From assembly GCA_050633305.1 (NCBI GenBank), contig JBOEGF010000005.1:96001-160000 (forward strand): a stretch of DNA of 64,000 nucleotides. The letters are read 5' to 3'. The DNA comes from Nannocystales bacterium. Its GTDB lineage: Bacteria; Myxococcota_A; Polyangia; Nannocystales; Nannocystaceae. Under the pieces are notes generated by a model that was not told where the DNA came from, did no database searches, and was given only the letters and a program-made list of their open reading frames with translations. The position numbers were made by a program, and so were the translations under genes. This document shows, one piece after another, positions 36,860-47,217 of the stretch; position 1 is the first letter of the stretch; each line of letters begins with the position of its first letter.

Positions 36860-37597
36860 ATGACGCGCGTCCTCATGCCGCTGCCCTGCGAAGACTTCGA
36901 GCCGACCGAGGCGGCGGTGCCTTGGCGGGCTCTGACCGACGCTGGCATCGAGGTTGTGTTTGCGACGCCGGACGGCACGACCGCGGCGTGCGACCCGAAG
37001 GCCCTGGCCGGCGTTGTGTTCGGACAGATCGGCGCGAAGGCGCGGGACGCTGCGACGTACCGGGAGATGGCGGCGGACCCAGCGTTCGTGAATCCAATCT
37101 CGTATGCGTCGATCGACGTGACGCAGTTCGACGCGCTCCACCTCCCCGGTGGGCATGCGCCGGGGATGCGGCCGTACCTGGAGTCCACGTTGCTTCAGGA
37201 GAAGGCGGTGGAGTTCTTCCGCGCCGACAAGTTGGTCAGCGCGATCTGCCATGGGCCCATCGTGCTGGCTCGCGCCGTCGATCCGAAGACGGGGCGGTCC
37301 GTGCTTGCAGGACGTCGGATGACGGGACTGACGAAGTTGCTCGAGCGCGCTGGCTACTGGCTCACGGTCTGGACGCTCGGCCGCCGCTTCCGAACCTATC
37401 CCGCCTACGTCGAAGACGAGGTCTCCGAAGCACAGGGAGCGGGTGGGCAGTTTGAGCGCGGGCCTCTGGTTCCGTCCTACGCGCGTCCGTTTGTCGTCAG
37501 CGATGGCAACCTGCTGACCGCCCGTTGGCCTGGAGATGCTCAGGGGTTGGCGGACCAGATGGTCGAGCGTCTACGCGCTGTGCCCACGAAGGCCTGA
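36860..37597 (+). CDS. DJ-1/PfpI-family protein
   Basis: FEPTE, PGGHA, AICHG, DGNLLTARWPGD. Confidence 0.9.
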   Translation: MTRVLMPLPCEDFEPTEAAVPWRALTDAGIEVVFATPDGTTAACDPKALAGVVFGQIGAKARDAATYREMAADPAFVNPISYASIDVTQFDALHLPGGHAPGMRPYLESTLLQEKAVEFFRADKLVSAICHGPIVLARAVDPKTGRSVLAGRRMTGLTKLLERAGYWLTVWTLGRRFRTYPAYVEDEVSEAQGAGGQFERGPLVPSYARPFVVSDGNLLTARWPGDAQGLADQMVERLRAVPTKA

Positions 37598-37616
37598 GCG
37601 GCGAAGTTCGCTCGGC

Positions 37617-38708
37617 TCACACTGGTGTGGGCACGGGGCTATGCCACATCGCCGTGCGATCTTCGTCGCTCGGACCGTTGCGGGTCGAGGACGTCGCGGA
37701 GCGGAGGCGGTCGGCCACGACTCGAAGCGGCGGTAGTTTGTCGAGCGTTTTCCCGCCACGTTTCGGTGAGGGGGCGGGCGCGATGCTTGGCCGCTTCTTG
37801 GGCACCGTCGCGATGGGCGTAGCGGTCTTGCGCGGTCGCGGTGCGGGGGCGATCGTTCGCTTCACCTTCGAGCTCGGCTTCGCTACGGGCACGGCGACAC
37901 GCCGCGGCTTCTTGCGTCGCGGCGGCGGGTCGGTCGTCACCGTGGATGGGCGCCACTTCGGCGCGACGGCTGTTGCCATTCCTCGGGTGGAGCGCTTGGC
38001 TTTGCGCTCCGCGACCGGGGCCGCGCGCTTTGGAGGTGCAGCAGGTGGTATCGCAGCCTCGGCCAGCAGCGGCGAGGGCCGAACCATGTCGTGTATCGGC
38101 GTGGGGGTTGGGTGCAGCGGCTTCGGTACCGCGCTCGCTCTAGACGATGGCGGAGGTGGAGGCGGCGTTGCGGCGGCCCGTGGAGCGGGCGGCGGGGTTG
38201 CGTGTCCGGTGTGCGGGTTGACGAACGGACGCGAGACGGGCGGGGGCACTGCGGGCTCGGGCGCAGGCGGTGGGGCCGAGAATGCGGCGGCGGCCTCGAG
38301 GACGAGCTCGGCTTCTTCGTGTTGTCCGGCCGAGAGATATGTCCGGGCCAGGTTTTCGAGTCGCAGGGCTGCCATCTCGGCGCGTCCGTCGGCCGCTTCG
38401 AGTTCGGCAACGTCGATGTGGAGGTCGAGGCGAGCCGGTGCGATCGCCAGTGCCTTCGTGATGAGCGCGAACGCGGGACGCATCGACCCCGCCTCGGCGT
38501 ACCGTTGGGACCCCGCCGAGAGCAGCTCGACAGCGTCATCGACGCGACCGCAGCCGGTCGCGCAGTCGGCCAAGCCGAGGTGGGCGCGGAACTCCTCCGG
38601 ATCGATGTTGAGGACCGCGCGGTACACGCCCTCCGCTTCTGCAAGTCGCCCAGCGCTGAGATGCGCGCCCGCCCGAGCCAAAGGTTTCTCCGTGCGTCCA
38701 ACCACCAC
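37617..38708 (-). CDS. TPR protein with long Pro/Lys/Arg-rich tail
   Basis: AGRLAEAEGVYRAVLNIDP and further TPR-like repeats; low-complexity C-terminus; start uncertain. Confidence 0.7.
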   Translation of the reverse strand: MVVGRTEKPLARAGAHLSAGRLAEAEGVYRAVLNIDPEEFRAHLGLADCATGCGRVDDAVELLSAGSQRYAEAGSMRPAFALITKALAIAPARLDLHIDVAELEAADGRAEMAALRLENLARTYLSAGQHEEAELVLEAAAAFSAPPPAPEPAVPPPVSRPFVNPHTGHATPPPAPRAAATPPPPPPSSRASAVPKPLHPTPTPIHDMVRPSPLLAEAAIPPAAPPKRAAPVAERKAKRSTRGMATAVAPKWRPSTVTTDPPPRRKKPRRVAVPVAKPSSKVKRTIAPAPRPRKTATPIATVPKKRPSIAPAPSPKRGGKTLDKLPPLRVVADRLRSATSSTRNGPSDEDRTAMWHSPVPTPV

Positions 38709-38870
38709 CGATAAGACACCACATCTCCCCCCACTTCCGCATCGAGGATCCGGTGAACCCACTCGTATGGATATGTAGGGCCGGGGTCTCCATCCCCCGG
38801 GAGAACTCGCGTTCTCGATGCGTATCAAGCGCAGGTCCGTCCTCGGGTTCAGCTTCGCTCGTTCCTGCCG

Positions 38871-39116
38871 ATGAGCGTGGTGATGTCCGCCGTCCTCGAG
38901 CAGATGCCGCCCGCGTACCTGAGCGCTCCCCAAGAGGTCCAGCTTCGGGATGTGGCCGAGCTGAACCGCCAGATCGAGGCCGAGCTCAACGCGGGGACCG
39001 CAGAGATCCATGTGCTCGGGGTCGTATCGCTGTCCTACGCCAGCCAGGCGGCGCTGCAAGAAGTCGAACGCCGGCTCTCGGCCCGGGGCGTGTTCTTCGA
39101 GGTCCGACGTCGCTGA
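38871..39116 (+). CDS. small hypothetical protein (81 aa)
   Basis: Strong G/C third-position bias, globular-looking sequence. Confidence 0.6.
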   Translation: MSVVMSAVLEQMPPAYLSAPQEVQLRDVAELNRQIEAELNAGTAEIHVLGVVSLSYASQAALQEVERRLSARGVFFEVRRR

Positions 39117-39165
39117 TCTGTGCGATTTTCGAAATCGAAGTGCGCTCTGTCGGTACTGACAGAGC

Positions 39166-39588
39166 ATGAAAGTCGCGACCTTCCACTCCAAGATCGACAC
39201 CTGGCTTGGGGCCGTCCTGGTCCTTGCGGCCGGCTCGACGTTTTGGGCGGCCGCGCAGACGGGGGCATGGCTGCCTATCGCGGCCGTGGTCGGTGTCCTC
39301 GGCCTCGCGGTCTTCCCACTACGCTACGAGCTCCATGACGACGCGCTCGTCGTCCGCTCGGGGTTGTTCCGCTACCGCCGGCCCTACACCGCGATCACCT
39401 CGGTCGTGCCCAACCACAACCCGCTGTCCGCCCCGGCGCTGTCCCTGGACCGCATCCAGGTCACCAGCAGCGGAAGCAGGGGCGTGAACATTTCGCCCGC
39501 CGCCCGCGATCGCTTCCTCAGCGAGCTTGCGAAGCGTGCGCCTCACCTGGCGCGCACGGAGCAGGGGGGCCTGGTCTCCCAGCGCTAG
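39166..39588 (+). CDS. bacterial PH-domain membrane protein
   Basis: FHSKIDTW, two TM helices, LVVRSG, SAPALSLDRI, ISP. Confidence 0.85.
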   Translation: MKVATFHSKIDTWLGAVLVLAAGSTFWAAAQTGAWLPIAAVVGVLGLAVFPLRYELHDDALVVRSGLFRYRRPYTAITSVVPNHNPLSAPALSLDRIQVTSSGSRGVNISPAARDRFLSELAKRAPHLARTEQGGLVSQR

Positions 39589-40670
39589 CGGCAGTACTTC
39601 CGGCCCGTCTTCGGTTTCTTGGCCCAGGCTTTTCGCCGCTCCAGGAAGCCGTCGACGGCGGGGTCGAACGCGCCGACCTCGTCACGCTTTTTCTGGGCTG
39701 CGTCCTTCGTGCTGGTGAGTTTGGGGCGCGGGGTTGTTCGAGCTCCGGCCAATGATGCCTTCACGCCCGCGCTCTTGAGGTACCGCCTGTGCCACGGGAA
39801 AATCGGCGCTGTGTCGAGGCAACCGGCGGTGATGTCATCGGGGCTGCAGAACAGCCGGATGTGCATGTGGTCGTCGTGGGGGAACTTGGGCTGGCACATC
39901 AAGTGGCCCGCCCGTTCGAGGACCGTCTTGTCCGCGCCCACCCGCACCCCTTCTTCGAGGAGCATCGTCCGGATGTGCTCCACGACGAAGATGCGTCCGA
40001 TGTGGTTGCGCTCGTCGGCCACGAGGGCGCCTACGAACGCCCAGGTTGTCGGCACATCGATGCGCACGTGCACGTCGTCGTCGGCGGTGGTGAGGTCCTT
40101 GTAGTCAACCCCGGTACCGTCGGGCTCGATCGGGATCGCTTTTGCATCGAAGGGCGTCCCGTCTGGGTTCTGGAGGTAGAACATCACATCGACGTCGCGA
40201 CCCGCTCGGTGGGACGCGTGTCCGTTGATGTCGCCGCCCGTTGCGAGGGAGAGGTCCCCGACGACGAGGGTGTTGCCGGGGTGGGCTTCTTGTGCCGCCG
40301 CGCTCGCATCGATGATCGCCCGCACCAGTTCCCACGTGCCGTAGCGCCGTGACGGATCTTTGCGAGGGTTGAACACATACCCGGGCCCCGATGTGGGCAG
40401 CGGCACGCTCGCGCGGAGGTGTCCCTCTGTGGGACTGCCGACGGAGACAGACGCAGTCCCGTCCAGAGTACTGGGGTCCGGGCCACCACCGGGTACGCCC
40501 TGTGGCTCGGGTTCGGGCGGTGGGCTTGGCTCCTCCGCGGGGTCCGTGGGCGCGGGGGGTTCCACCACAGGGGCTTCCGCGACAGCGGGCGCGGGCGCCT
40601 CCGGAGCCTCTGCTGCCGGTGCGCGGTCACACGCGACGAGCCCCAAGACCAAGCAGCTGACGCCTCGCAC
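39585..40670 (-). CDS. mepA: penicillin-insensitive murein endopeptidase (MepA family) lipoprotein
   Basis: LVAC lipobox; YGT, VGDLS..GG, HASHRAGRDVD, HDDHMHIR. Confidence 0.85.
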   Translation of the reverse strand: MRGVSCLVLGLVACDRAPAAEAPEAPAPAVAEAPVVEPPAPTDPAEEPSPPPEPEPQGVPGGGPDPSTLDGTASVSVGSPTEGHLRASVPLPTSGPGYVFNPRKDPSRRYGTWELVRAIIDASAAAQEAHPGNTLVVGDLSLATGGDINGHASHRAGRDVDVMFYLQNPDGTPFDAKAIPIEPDGTGVDYKDLTTADDDVHVRIDVPTTWAFVGALVADERNHIGRIFVVEHIRTMLLEEGVRVGADKTVLERAGHLMCQPKFPHDDHMHIRLFCSPDDITAGCLDTAPIFPWHRRYLKSAGVKASLAGARTTPRPKLTSTKDAAQKKRDEVGAFDPAVDGFLERRKAWAKKPKTGRKYCR

Positions 40671-40767
40671 ATCCTTACAGTGAGCGGTCGGGGGGTTGCG
40701 GTGCAAGTTTTCCCCACGACTGCGGGTTTCTTGGGCCCATCGCTCGAATCCGAGAGAAGGGGGCTGT

Positions 40768-41700
40768 ATGCCGCCCACGCGTCGATACCGGGGTCCCGCT
40801 GATGCGATCCGTATCGGGCATCCACACCGGCCGTTGCAGGATCTCTACTACGAGCTCATGCGCGGCTCGTGGAGGTGGCTCGTCTCGATGTTCGCCATCG
40901 TCTACGTGGCCACAAACCTGCTGTTCGCGACGCTGTACTGGCTCGACCCGATGGCGGTCGAGGGCGGCGGTGGCTTGTCCTACGGGGACGCGTTCTTTTT
41001 CTCGGTCCAGACGCTCTCGACGATCGGCTACGGCGCGCTGTCCCCGGCGTCCGTGTACTCGGACGTCCTGGTGACCATCGAGTCGTTGGTGGGGATCCTC
41101 GGGGTCGCGGTGGGTACGGGCATCATCTTCACGAAGTTCGCGCGGACCCGCGCGGGCGTGATGTTTAGCGACAAGATCGTCATCAATGTGAGGAACGAGA
41201 AGCCGTGTTTGATGCTTCGCGTCGCCAACGCCCGGGGGAACGAGGTCGTCGAGGCCGAGATCCGCGTGTCGATCCTGTTGACCGAGACCACGATGGAGGG
41301 CGTGACAATGCGTCGCGTGGTGGACCTGGACCTCCTGAGAAACAACTCTCCGGTGTTCTCCCTGAGCTGGACTGTGATGCACGTCATCGACGAGACGAGT
41401 CCGCTCTACGGAATGTCGTTGCAGGGGCTCGCCGATGAACGCTCGATCGTCATCGTCACGCTGACCGGCATCGACAACACGTTCTCGGAGACCGTTCATG
41501 CGCGGAACATCTTCACGATCGAGGATGTCCGGCTGGGGGAACGATTCGTCGATGTGATCGACTTCGAAGGGGAAACGCTGCGCATCGACTTGCGCGCGTT
41601 CCACGAGACGGAGCCGGATCCAATGTGGCCACAAGGGCTACACGACCAGACGTTCTTCTCCCCCGAACCGGCGAAGTTCCTGCCCGACTCGGCAGGCTGA
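40768..41700 (+). CDS. inward-rectifier potassium channel (KirBac-like)
   Basis: FFFSVQTLSTIGYG filter; LRVANARGN, SWTVMHVIDETSPL. Confidence 0.93.
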   Translation: MPPTRRYRGPADAIRIGHPHRPLQDLYYELMRGSWRWLVSMFAIVYVATNLLFATLYWLDPMAVEGGGGLSYGDAFFFSVQTLSTIGYGALSPASVYSDVLVTIESLVGILGVAVGTGIIFTKFARTRAGVMFSDKIVINVRNEKPCLMLRVANARGNEVVEAEIRVSILLTETTMEGVTMRRVVDLDLLRNNSPVFSLSWTVMHVIDETSPLYGMSLQGLADERSIVIVTLTGIDNTFSETVHARNIFTIEDVRLGERFVDVIDFEGETLRIDLRAFHETEPDPMWPQGLHDQTFFSPEPAKFLPDSAG

Positions 41701-41954
41701 TTCGACTTCGCGAAGAACGTTCGTAACCAATCGCGGTCTTGCGGAGTCTACCGCCATGCGCACGCTGTGCTTCAGCGACGCTGTAGGCCCCGAAAGACCC
41801 GTCTCTGCTTACGGCCCGTTTACCCACACACACGAAATGAATCGGCTTCGGGGGGAGTTCTAGCTCCAGTACCGACCTGGCCAGCCCGGCCACTCAGCCT
41901 CCCAGCATTTTTCTGCGCAACGTCCGCCATTGGCGGCCGACCGAAGGAGTTGCG

Positions 41955-43172
41955 ATGTCCACGTCCAAGAAACCAGCCTCAGAAACCAATCCCGCGTTCT
42001 CCGCCTACATGCGGGACGTGGGTCGTCATCCCGTGATGACCAAGGCCGATGAAGCGAGATTGGGTGCCGATCTGATGGCGCTCCGTCGCCACTACCACCG
42101 ACAGGTGCTCTCGTATGCGCCCTACACGGCCGCTGTGTTGGACGTGATCCGAGAGACCCTCGACAAGACCGCGGACCTCGAGGCGGAGTTTGCCGAGCTC
42201 GCCGCCGCCGCTCGTGGTGTGCGCGACAGCAACCGCAAGGCGCCGGCCGAGCGATACGAGCGAATGCTGGATGATGTCTCGTCCAAGCTGGCGATGGTCG
42301 ACTCCGAGTGTATTGGGGTGGATCGCGTCGCCGCGGACCTGGACACGTTCGCCAGCGAATCCAAACGAGAGACGGTCCTGGCCGTGAAACCGCCTCGCAA
42401 GGGCAGCCGCCCGTTCGGTGAGTATGTCTCCCGGGTGCGACGCGCATCGGCGAGCCTTCGCAACGCCCGCAACCGCTTTGCGCGGGCCAACCTGAGGCTG
42501 GTCGTCCGCATCGCAGGACGCTTTCAGCAGAACCTCCTCCCGCTGCACGATCGAGTGCAAGAGGGCAACCTCGGGTTGATGAAGGCGATCGATCGCTTCG
42601 ACCCCACCCGCGGGTTCCGGTTTTCGACGTATGCCAGCTGGTGGATCAAGCACGCGATCCGTCGGGCCGCGGTCAACCGCGGTCGTACGATTCGCCTGCC
42701 CGCGCACCTTCAAGCCACGGCGGCCAAGGTCAACCGCGCTCGAATCGGCCTGCGCCAGTCCCTCGAGCGAGAGCCGACCGCCGCTGAGATCGCTGCAGAT
42801 GTCGAGCTGCCTCTCGACAAGGTCGAGCTGACCATCGATGCGATGCGGCAGCGCCACGTCAGCCTCGATGCACCTGTCGGTGGCGGTGACGATGCTCGCA
42901 CGGTGCTCGAGACGCTGATCGACGTCGACCAGCGACCCATGGAGGAACTCGTCAGTGACGAGAACGACGCTGCGAAGCTTCGTGGAAAGCTCCTGTCCCT
43001 GGCGACCATCGAGCAGGACATCCTGCGACAACGCTTTGGACTGGACGGGGTTACCCCGCGAACCCTGACCGAGATCGGCCACCAGTACGATCTCTCGCGG
43101 GAGCGAATCCGCCAGCTGCAGCAGCGGGCACTCGAGAACCTGCGGCGCACGCTCGAGTCTTCCGCGGCCTGA
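41955..43172 (+). CDS. sigma-70 family sigma factor (RpoD/RpoS-like, lacks region 1.1)
   Basis: ANLRLVV, QEGNLGLMKAIDRFD, FSTYASWWI, TIRLP, LSRERIRQ. Confidence 0.93.
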   Translation: MSTSKKPASETNPAFSAYMRDVGRHPVMTKADEARLGADLMALRRHYHRQVLSYAPYTAAVLDVIRETLDKTADLEAEFAELAAAARGVRDSNRKAPAERYERMLDDVSSKLAMVDSECIGVDRVAADLDTFASESKRETVLAVKPPRKGSRPFGEYVSRVRRASASLRNARNRFARANLRLVVRIAGRFQQNLLPLHDRVQEGNLGLMKAIDRFDPTRGFRFSTYASWWIKHAIRRAAVNRGRTIRLPAHLQATAAKVNRARIGLRQSLEREPTAAEIAADVELPLDKVELTIDAMRQRHVSLDAPVGGGDDARTVLETLIDVDQRPMEELVSDENDAAKLRGKLLSLATIEQDILRQRFGLDGVTPRTLTEIGHQYDLSRERIRQLQQRALENLRRTLESSAA

Positions 43173-43205
43173 GGCCGAACGACCTGAGGCCGAACGAAAC
43201 GATCA

Positions 43206-43246
43206 ACGACAGAAGCCGAGTTCCATCGGGAACTCGGCTTCGTCGT
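43206..43246. terminator. hairpin between convergent genes, probable terminator
   Basis: GAAGCCGAGTTCC-ATCG-GGAACTCGGCTTC perfect 13-bp stem. Confidence 0.75.
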
Positions 43247-43264
43247 GTCTGGCGGGGGGGCTCG

Positions 43265-44848
43265 CTACGGGCCGACGTTGATGGTGACGAAGTAGGCGTC
43301 GTTCCCCGAGTCGGGGTCGATGAAGCGCAGGGTCACCGTCATGTCTTCGGGGTCGAACTCCAGGATGCACCCCCGCGGCTGGTTGATGCCGTAGTCAAAA
43401 TGCGGAGGGTTCCAACCGAGCAGCGCGTTGGGGATCGGGTTGGCGTTTCCACTCGCACAGGCGACCTCGCGCAGCTGCGAGAAGGTGTCGTCGCCGTTGG
43501 GCTCGAGCCGCGACAAGAACGAGCAGTGGAAGTCGCCGGAGACGAACAACACGTTGCTGATGTCGTTGTCGTTGATGAAGTCGCGAACGCGCTCGCGCGA
43601 GTCCGGGTAGCCGTCCCAGCGGTCGCTCGCGGCGATGTCCCATTGGACGGGCATGTTCGTGATCGGCACCGAGTTCATCACGATCTTGAACCGGCAGGGG
43701 CTGTTGAGCAGGCGGTCCTCGAGAAACGCCATCTGCGTGTCGCTCATGTACAGGCCCTGCGAGGGGCGTCGTTCGTACCGGGTGTCGAGGACGATGATCT
43801 CGGCGGTAAGGCCCCAGCGGAACGTCCGCCACAGACGGTAGTCGGGTCCTTCCGCGTCGATCGGGACCAGCTCGAAGTACGAGTCCATGGCGTTTTGGCG
43901 CCGGAGGAGCTCGTCCGGGTCCATCGTCTCCCGGTCGAAGTTGGAGTTGTCGTCGATCTCGTGATCGTCCCAGGTCGCGTAGACGCCCGAGTTGGAAAAG
44001 AGGTTGCGGTAGTCGGGCGTGGACATCCAGTCGCGCCAGTTCGCCCGGAACTCCGCGAGCGTCTCCATCCCGTCGTTGTACGCCATGTCCCCAAGGTGCA
44101 GGATGACGTCGAAGTACTCCTCGTTTGTTCGGCCGACCGCGGGCCAGTCGAGGGACGAGCCACAGCATGAGATCAGCGCCACGACCAGGGGCTCGAGGGC
44201 GTCCTCGGCGATCGCGGTTCGCACGTGTCCGATGCGGCTGCGGGCGGAGAAGTCCCCGTCCTCACCGACGAAGTAGCCGTAGTCGTACCAGGTGCCCGGG
44301 CAGAGGCCGTCGACGGAGAACTTCACGAATCCATCGGCGTTGGGCTCGACCGTGCGTTCGTGGACGAGGTGGACCTGTCCTGCACGTTCGCTGGGGATCC
44401 AGATTCGGAAGGTCTTGGGCGCACCGTCGGGGACGTAGACCGTGAACATCGCCGACTCGGGGCGCATCTCACCGGACATGATCGCCAGGGGGAAGACAGC
44501 TTCGTCGAGCGATTCGTCGGCGGGCTCCCAATCGATGAGCTCCGCGTCCTCGCAAGCCGGTGGCGGGCCGTCGGTGTCGGAGCTGCTGGAGCTTTCGTCC
44601 GACCCGCCGGTCGTGTCGCCCGAGCCGTCGGGGTCGGTGGTCTCGCTGCTGGTCTCGACGGTGGGGTTGATCGCGGTCGTCGAGCTCTCCGCGTCTGTGG
44701 TGCCGGCGGAGGTCCCGGTCGAGCTTGTGGCCCCGTCGGTGCCACTGCCGCCGATGGAGTCATCGCCGCACGCGACGAGGAGAGCCGCGAAGCCCCCGGC
44801 GCTGACCGTCAAGAAGCTGCGTCGCCCGTGCACAAGATCCCAAGACAT
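43265..44848 (-). CDS. phoD: alkaline phosphatase D family protein (Tat lipoprotein)
   Basis: GRRSFL, LVAC; HLGDMAY, WDDHE, LDTRYER, DRWDGY, SGDFH. Confidence 0.9.
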   Translation of the reverse strand: MSWDLVHGRRSFLTVSAGGFAALLVACGDDSIGGSGTDGATSSTGTSAGTTDAESSTTAINPTVETSSETTDPDGSGDTTGGSDESSSSSDTDGPPPACEDAELIDWEPADESLDEAVFPLAIMSGEMRPESAMFTVYVPDGAPKTFRIWIPSERAGQVHLVHERTVEPNADGFVKFSVDGLCPGTWYDYGYFVGEDGDFSARSRIGHVRTAIAEDALEPLVVALISCCGSSLDWPAVGRTNEEYFDVILHLGDMAYNDGMETLAEFRANWRDWMSTPDYRNLFSNSGVYATWDDHEIDDNSNFDRETMDPDELLRRQNAMDSYFELVPIDAEGPDYRLWRTFRWGLTAEIIVLDTRYERRPSQGLYMSDTQMAFLEDRLLNSPCRFKIVMNSVPITNMPVQWDIAASDRWDGYPDSRERVRDFINDNDISNVLFVSGDFHCSFLSRLEPNGDDTFSQLREVACASGNANPIPNALLGWNPPHFDYGINQPRGCILEFDPEDMTVTLRFIDPDSGNDAYFVTINVGP

Positions 44849-44923
44849 GTCGCATTGTTAGTCGATGCGCGGGGTGGGACGCAAGCTGGGCAGTATCCGC
44901 CTCGGCCGGTATGGTCCGGCGTC

Positions 44924-45916
44924 GTGACGCACAGGCTTCTCATTGGACTCATCCTCTGCTCCCTCGGATGCGCGGCAGAGCCGGCGAAGTGCATGGAAAC
45001 GCCCGCGGTGGCGGTGGCGCCACCGCCGGAGGCCGAGCCGGCGGCCGCCGACGAGGTGCCTGCAGCGCCGGAGCGCAAGCGGCACGAGGTGACGGCTGAC
45101 GATGGGCACACGCTCGCGGTCTGGTCACGGGTCCCCCAGGAGCCGCGCGGTGCGGTCGTCCTGTTGCACGGTCGGACGTGGAGCGCCCGTCCAGACTTCG
45201 ACCTTCAGGTTCCCGGTGAAGGGCCTTCGACCATGGAAGCATTTGCGGCGGCCGGGATCGCCGCATACGCGCTCGACCTTCGAGGCTACGGCGACACGTC
45301 GCGAGATACGACCGGCTGGAACACCCCAGACCGCGCGACCGCCGATGTTCTCGCGGTGCTGGAGTGGGTGAAGTCCCGTCATCGGGACCAAGCTCCCGCG
45401 CTCCTGGGATGGTCGTTGGGATCGCTGACCTCGCAGCTCGCAGCCCAGAGCCGTCCCGAGCTGATCTCCGCGCTGGTGCTGTACGGCTACCCCCGGGACC
45501 CTGACCGTCGCTACACGGCCGAAAAGGATGAGGGTCCTCCCCCTGCGAAGGCCACCACGGCAAAGGCAGCCGCCTCCGACTTCATCATCCCCGGCAACAT
45601 CTCTGCAGCGGCGATCGATGCGTTTGTCGAGCAGTCGCTGGAGGCGGACCCCGTTCGCTCGGATTGGCGGCGAAGCGACCAGTGGAACGCGCTCGACCCC
45701 AGCAAGGTGACGGTGCCCACACTCGTGCTTCACGGCGGGTCCGACCCGTACGCGCCGGTGCCGAACTTGGCGAAACTGGTGACGCGGTTGGGGACCAAGG
45801 ACCGCGCATGGGTGACCATCGCTGGGGGCGATCACGCTGCCCACCTGGAGAACGTCGCACCCCGGTTCATGGACGCTGTCCTCTCGTTCCTCGACGCACC
45901 TCGCGGACCGAAATAA
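44924..45916 (+). CDS. alpha/beta hydrolase lipoprotein
   Basis: SLGC lipobox; LLHG, DLRGYG, GWSLG nucleophile elbow, D, H. Confidence 0.88.
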   Translation: MTHRLLIGLILCSLGCAAEPAKCMETPAVAVAPPPEAEPAAADEVPAAPERKRHEVTADDGHTLAVWSRVPQEPRGAVVLLHGRTWSARPDFDLQVPGEGPSTMEAFAAAGIAAYALDLRGYGDTSRDTTGWNTPDRATADVLAVLEWVKSRHRDQAPALLGWSLGSLTSQLAAQSRPELISALVLYGYPRDPDRRYTAEKDEGPPPAKATTAKAAASDFIIPGNISAAAIDAFVEQSLEADPVRSDWRRSDQWNALDPSKVTVPTLVLHGGSDPYAPVPNLAKLVTRLGTKDRAWVTIAGGDHAAHLENVAPRFMDAVLSFLDAPRGPK

Positions 45917-46083
45917 AAGACGGGGGACGATGCATCCGTTTGCCCGTTGTCGCGACTAACAGGAGTGCAAGGCCCAGGCGTCAATCGTCGCCCCTGTGGT
46001 CCTCTTCAGGGGAAGCCCCTGGGCCGTGCAGCCATCGTTTCGAACGCATCGGAACACCAACCAAAGCCAAAGCAAGCCACTGC

Positions 46084-46141
46084 CTCCGCGGCCGCCGCGT
46101 CCCGCCACCACCTAGGGCAACGCGACCGCGGGGGCTTTTTT
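46084..46141 (+). terminator. intrinsic terminator-like hairpin upstream of the YccA-like gene
   Basis: CTCCGCGG...CCGCGGGG stem followed by a T6 tract. Confidence 0.55.
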
Positions 46142-46223
46142 GCTACGCCCTGTCCCCGATCGTCCGATTGGCTCGGCAGCGACCTGCATTGGGGGGTAAA
46201 CTTCGGGCCGAGGACGCTCGACG

Positions 46224-47111
46224 ATGAACCAACAGAATCCGTACGGAGGCCAGCAGCCACAACAAGGTTGGGGGCAGCAGCCTCAGCAGCAACAGCCTGC
46301 TTGGGGACAGGCACCTCAGCAAGCTCAGCCTCACCAGCAGCCACAGCAGTTCGGCGGCATGCATCCTGGCATGCAGATGCCAGGGCCGACTCCCGGCGGA
46401 CCCTCCTACAGCGGCGCCGATGAGAGCAACGTGATCGCCTCCGAGGCCTCGGTCGAGGCGCGGTCCAAGTTCATCGAGCGCACCTACTTGCACCTGGCCG
46501 GCGCGATCGCTGCCTTTGTCGTGCTCTCCGCGGGGTTCCAGATGATCCCGGGCATCGACGAGATGGTCTTCAACCTGCTGATGGTCAGCGAGTATTCCTG
46601 GCTCGCGGTGATGGCAGCGTTCATCGGCGTCAGCTACCTCGCGGATAGCTGGGCCAAAGGCAGCTCGTCTCCGACGATGCAGTACGCCGGGCTCACGCTT
46701 TACACCGTCGCCGAAGCGGTGATCTTCTTGCCGATGATCATCATGGCGCGGGCGTACATCGGTACCGAGGGCATCATGACCGCGGGGGGCGTCACCCTGG
46801 CGATGTTCGCGGGCCTCACCGGCTACGTCTTCATGACCAAGAAGGACTTCTCCTTCATGCGCGGTGCTCTCACCGTTGGAGCGATGGGCGCGATGGGATT
46901 GATCGTCGCTTCGATCGCGTTTGGCTTCAACCTCGGGATCGTCTTCAGCATCGGCATGGTCGTGCTGGCTTGCGGCTACATCCTCTACTACACGGGGAAC
47001 GTGCTGCACCACTACCGGGTCAACCAGCACGTCGCGGCTGCGCTGGCTCTGTTCTCCGCAGTCGCGCTGCTGTTCTGGTACGTCCTGCGCATCTTCATGT
47101 CGCGGCGCTAG
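46224..47111 (+). CDS. Bax inhibitor-1/YccA family membrane protein
   Basis: FIERTYLHL, KKDFSF, YILYYT, ALFSAVALLFWYVLRIF; Gln-rich N-terminus. Confidence 0.9.
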   Translation: MNQQNPYGGQQPQQGWGQQPQQQQPAWGQAPQQAQPHQQPQQFGGMHPGMQMPGPTPGGPSYSGADESNVIASEASVEARSKFIERTYLHLAGAIAAFVVLSAGFQMIPGIDEMVFNLLMVSEYSWLAVMAAFIGVSYLADSWAKGSSSPTMQYAGLTLYTVAEAVIFLPMIIMARAYIGTEGIMTAGGVTLAMFAGLTGYVFMTKKDFSFMRGALTVGAMGAMGLIVASIAFGFNLGIVFSIGMVVLACGYILYYTGNVLHHYRVNQHVAAALALFSAVALLFWYVLRIFMSRR

Positions 47112-47217
47112 GGCCATTCCAGCTCAGCGGCAGAGGCCCTCTGCGTCCACCAGATCTGAACAGATCTGGGTGGAGCAGGGGGCTTCTTGCGTTCGGCGCT
47201 GTGCAATACTTTCGCGC

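Noticed and set aside
43168..43197. Tandem 15-bp direct repeat CCTGAGGCCGAACGA x2
   Set aside because: Only two adjacent copies with no spacer; a local duplication, not a CRISPR array or clear att site
45960..46030. yybP-ykoY or c-di-GMP riboswitch
   Set aside because: Only partial word matches; the conserved core motifs are not present
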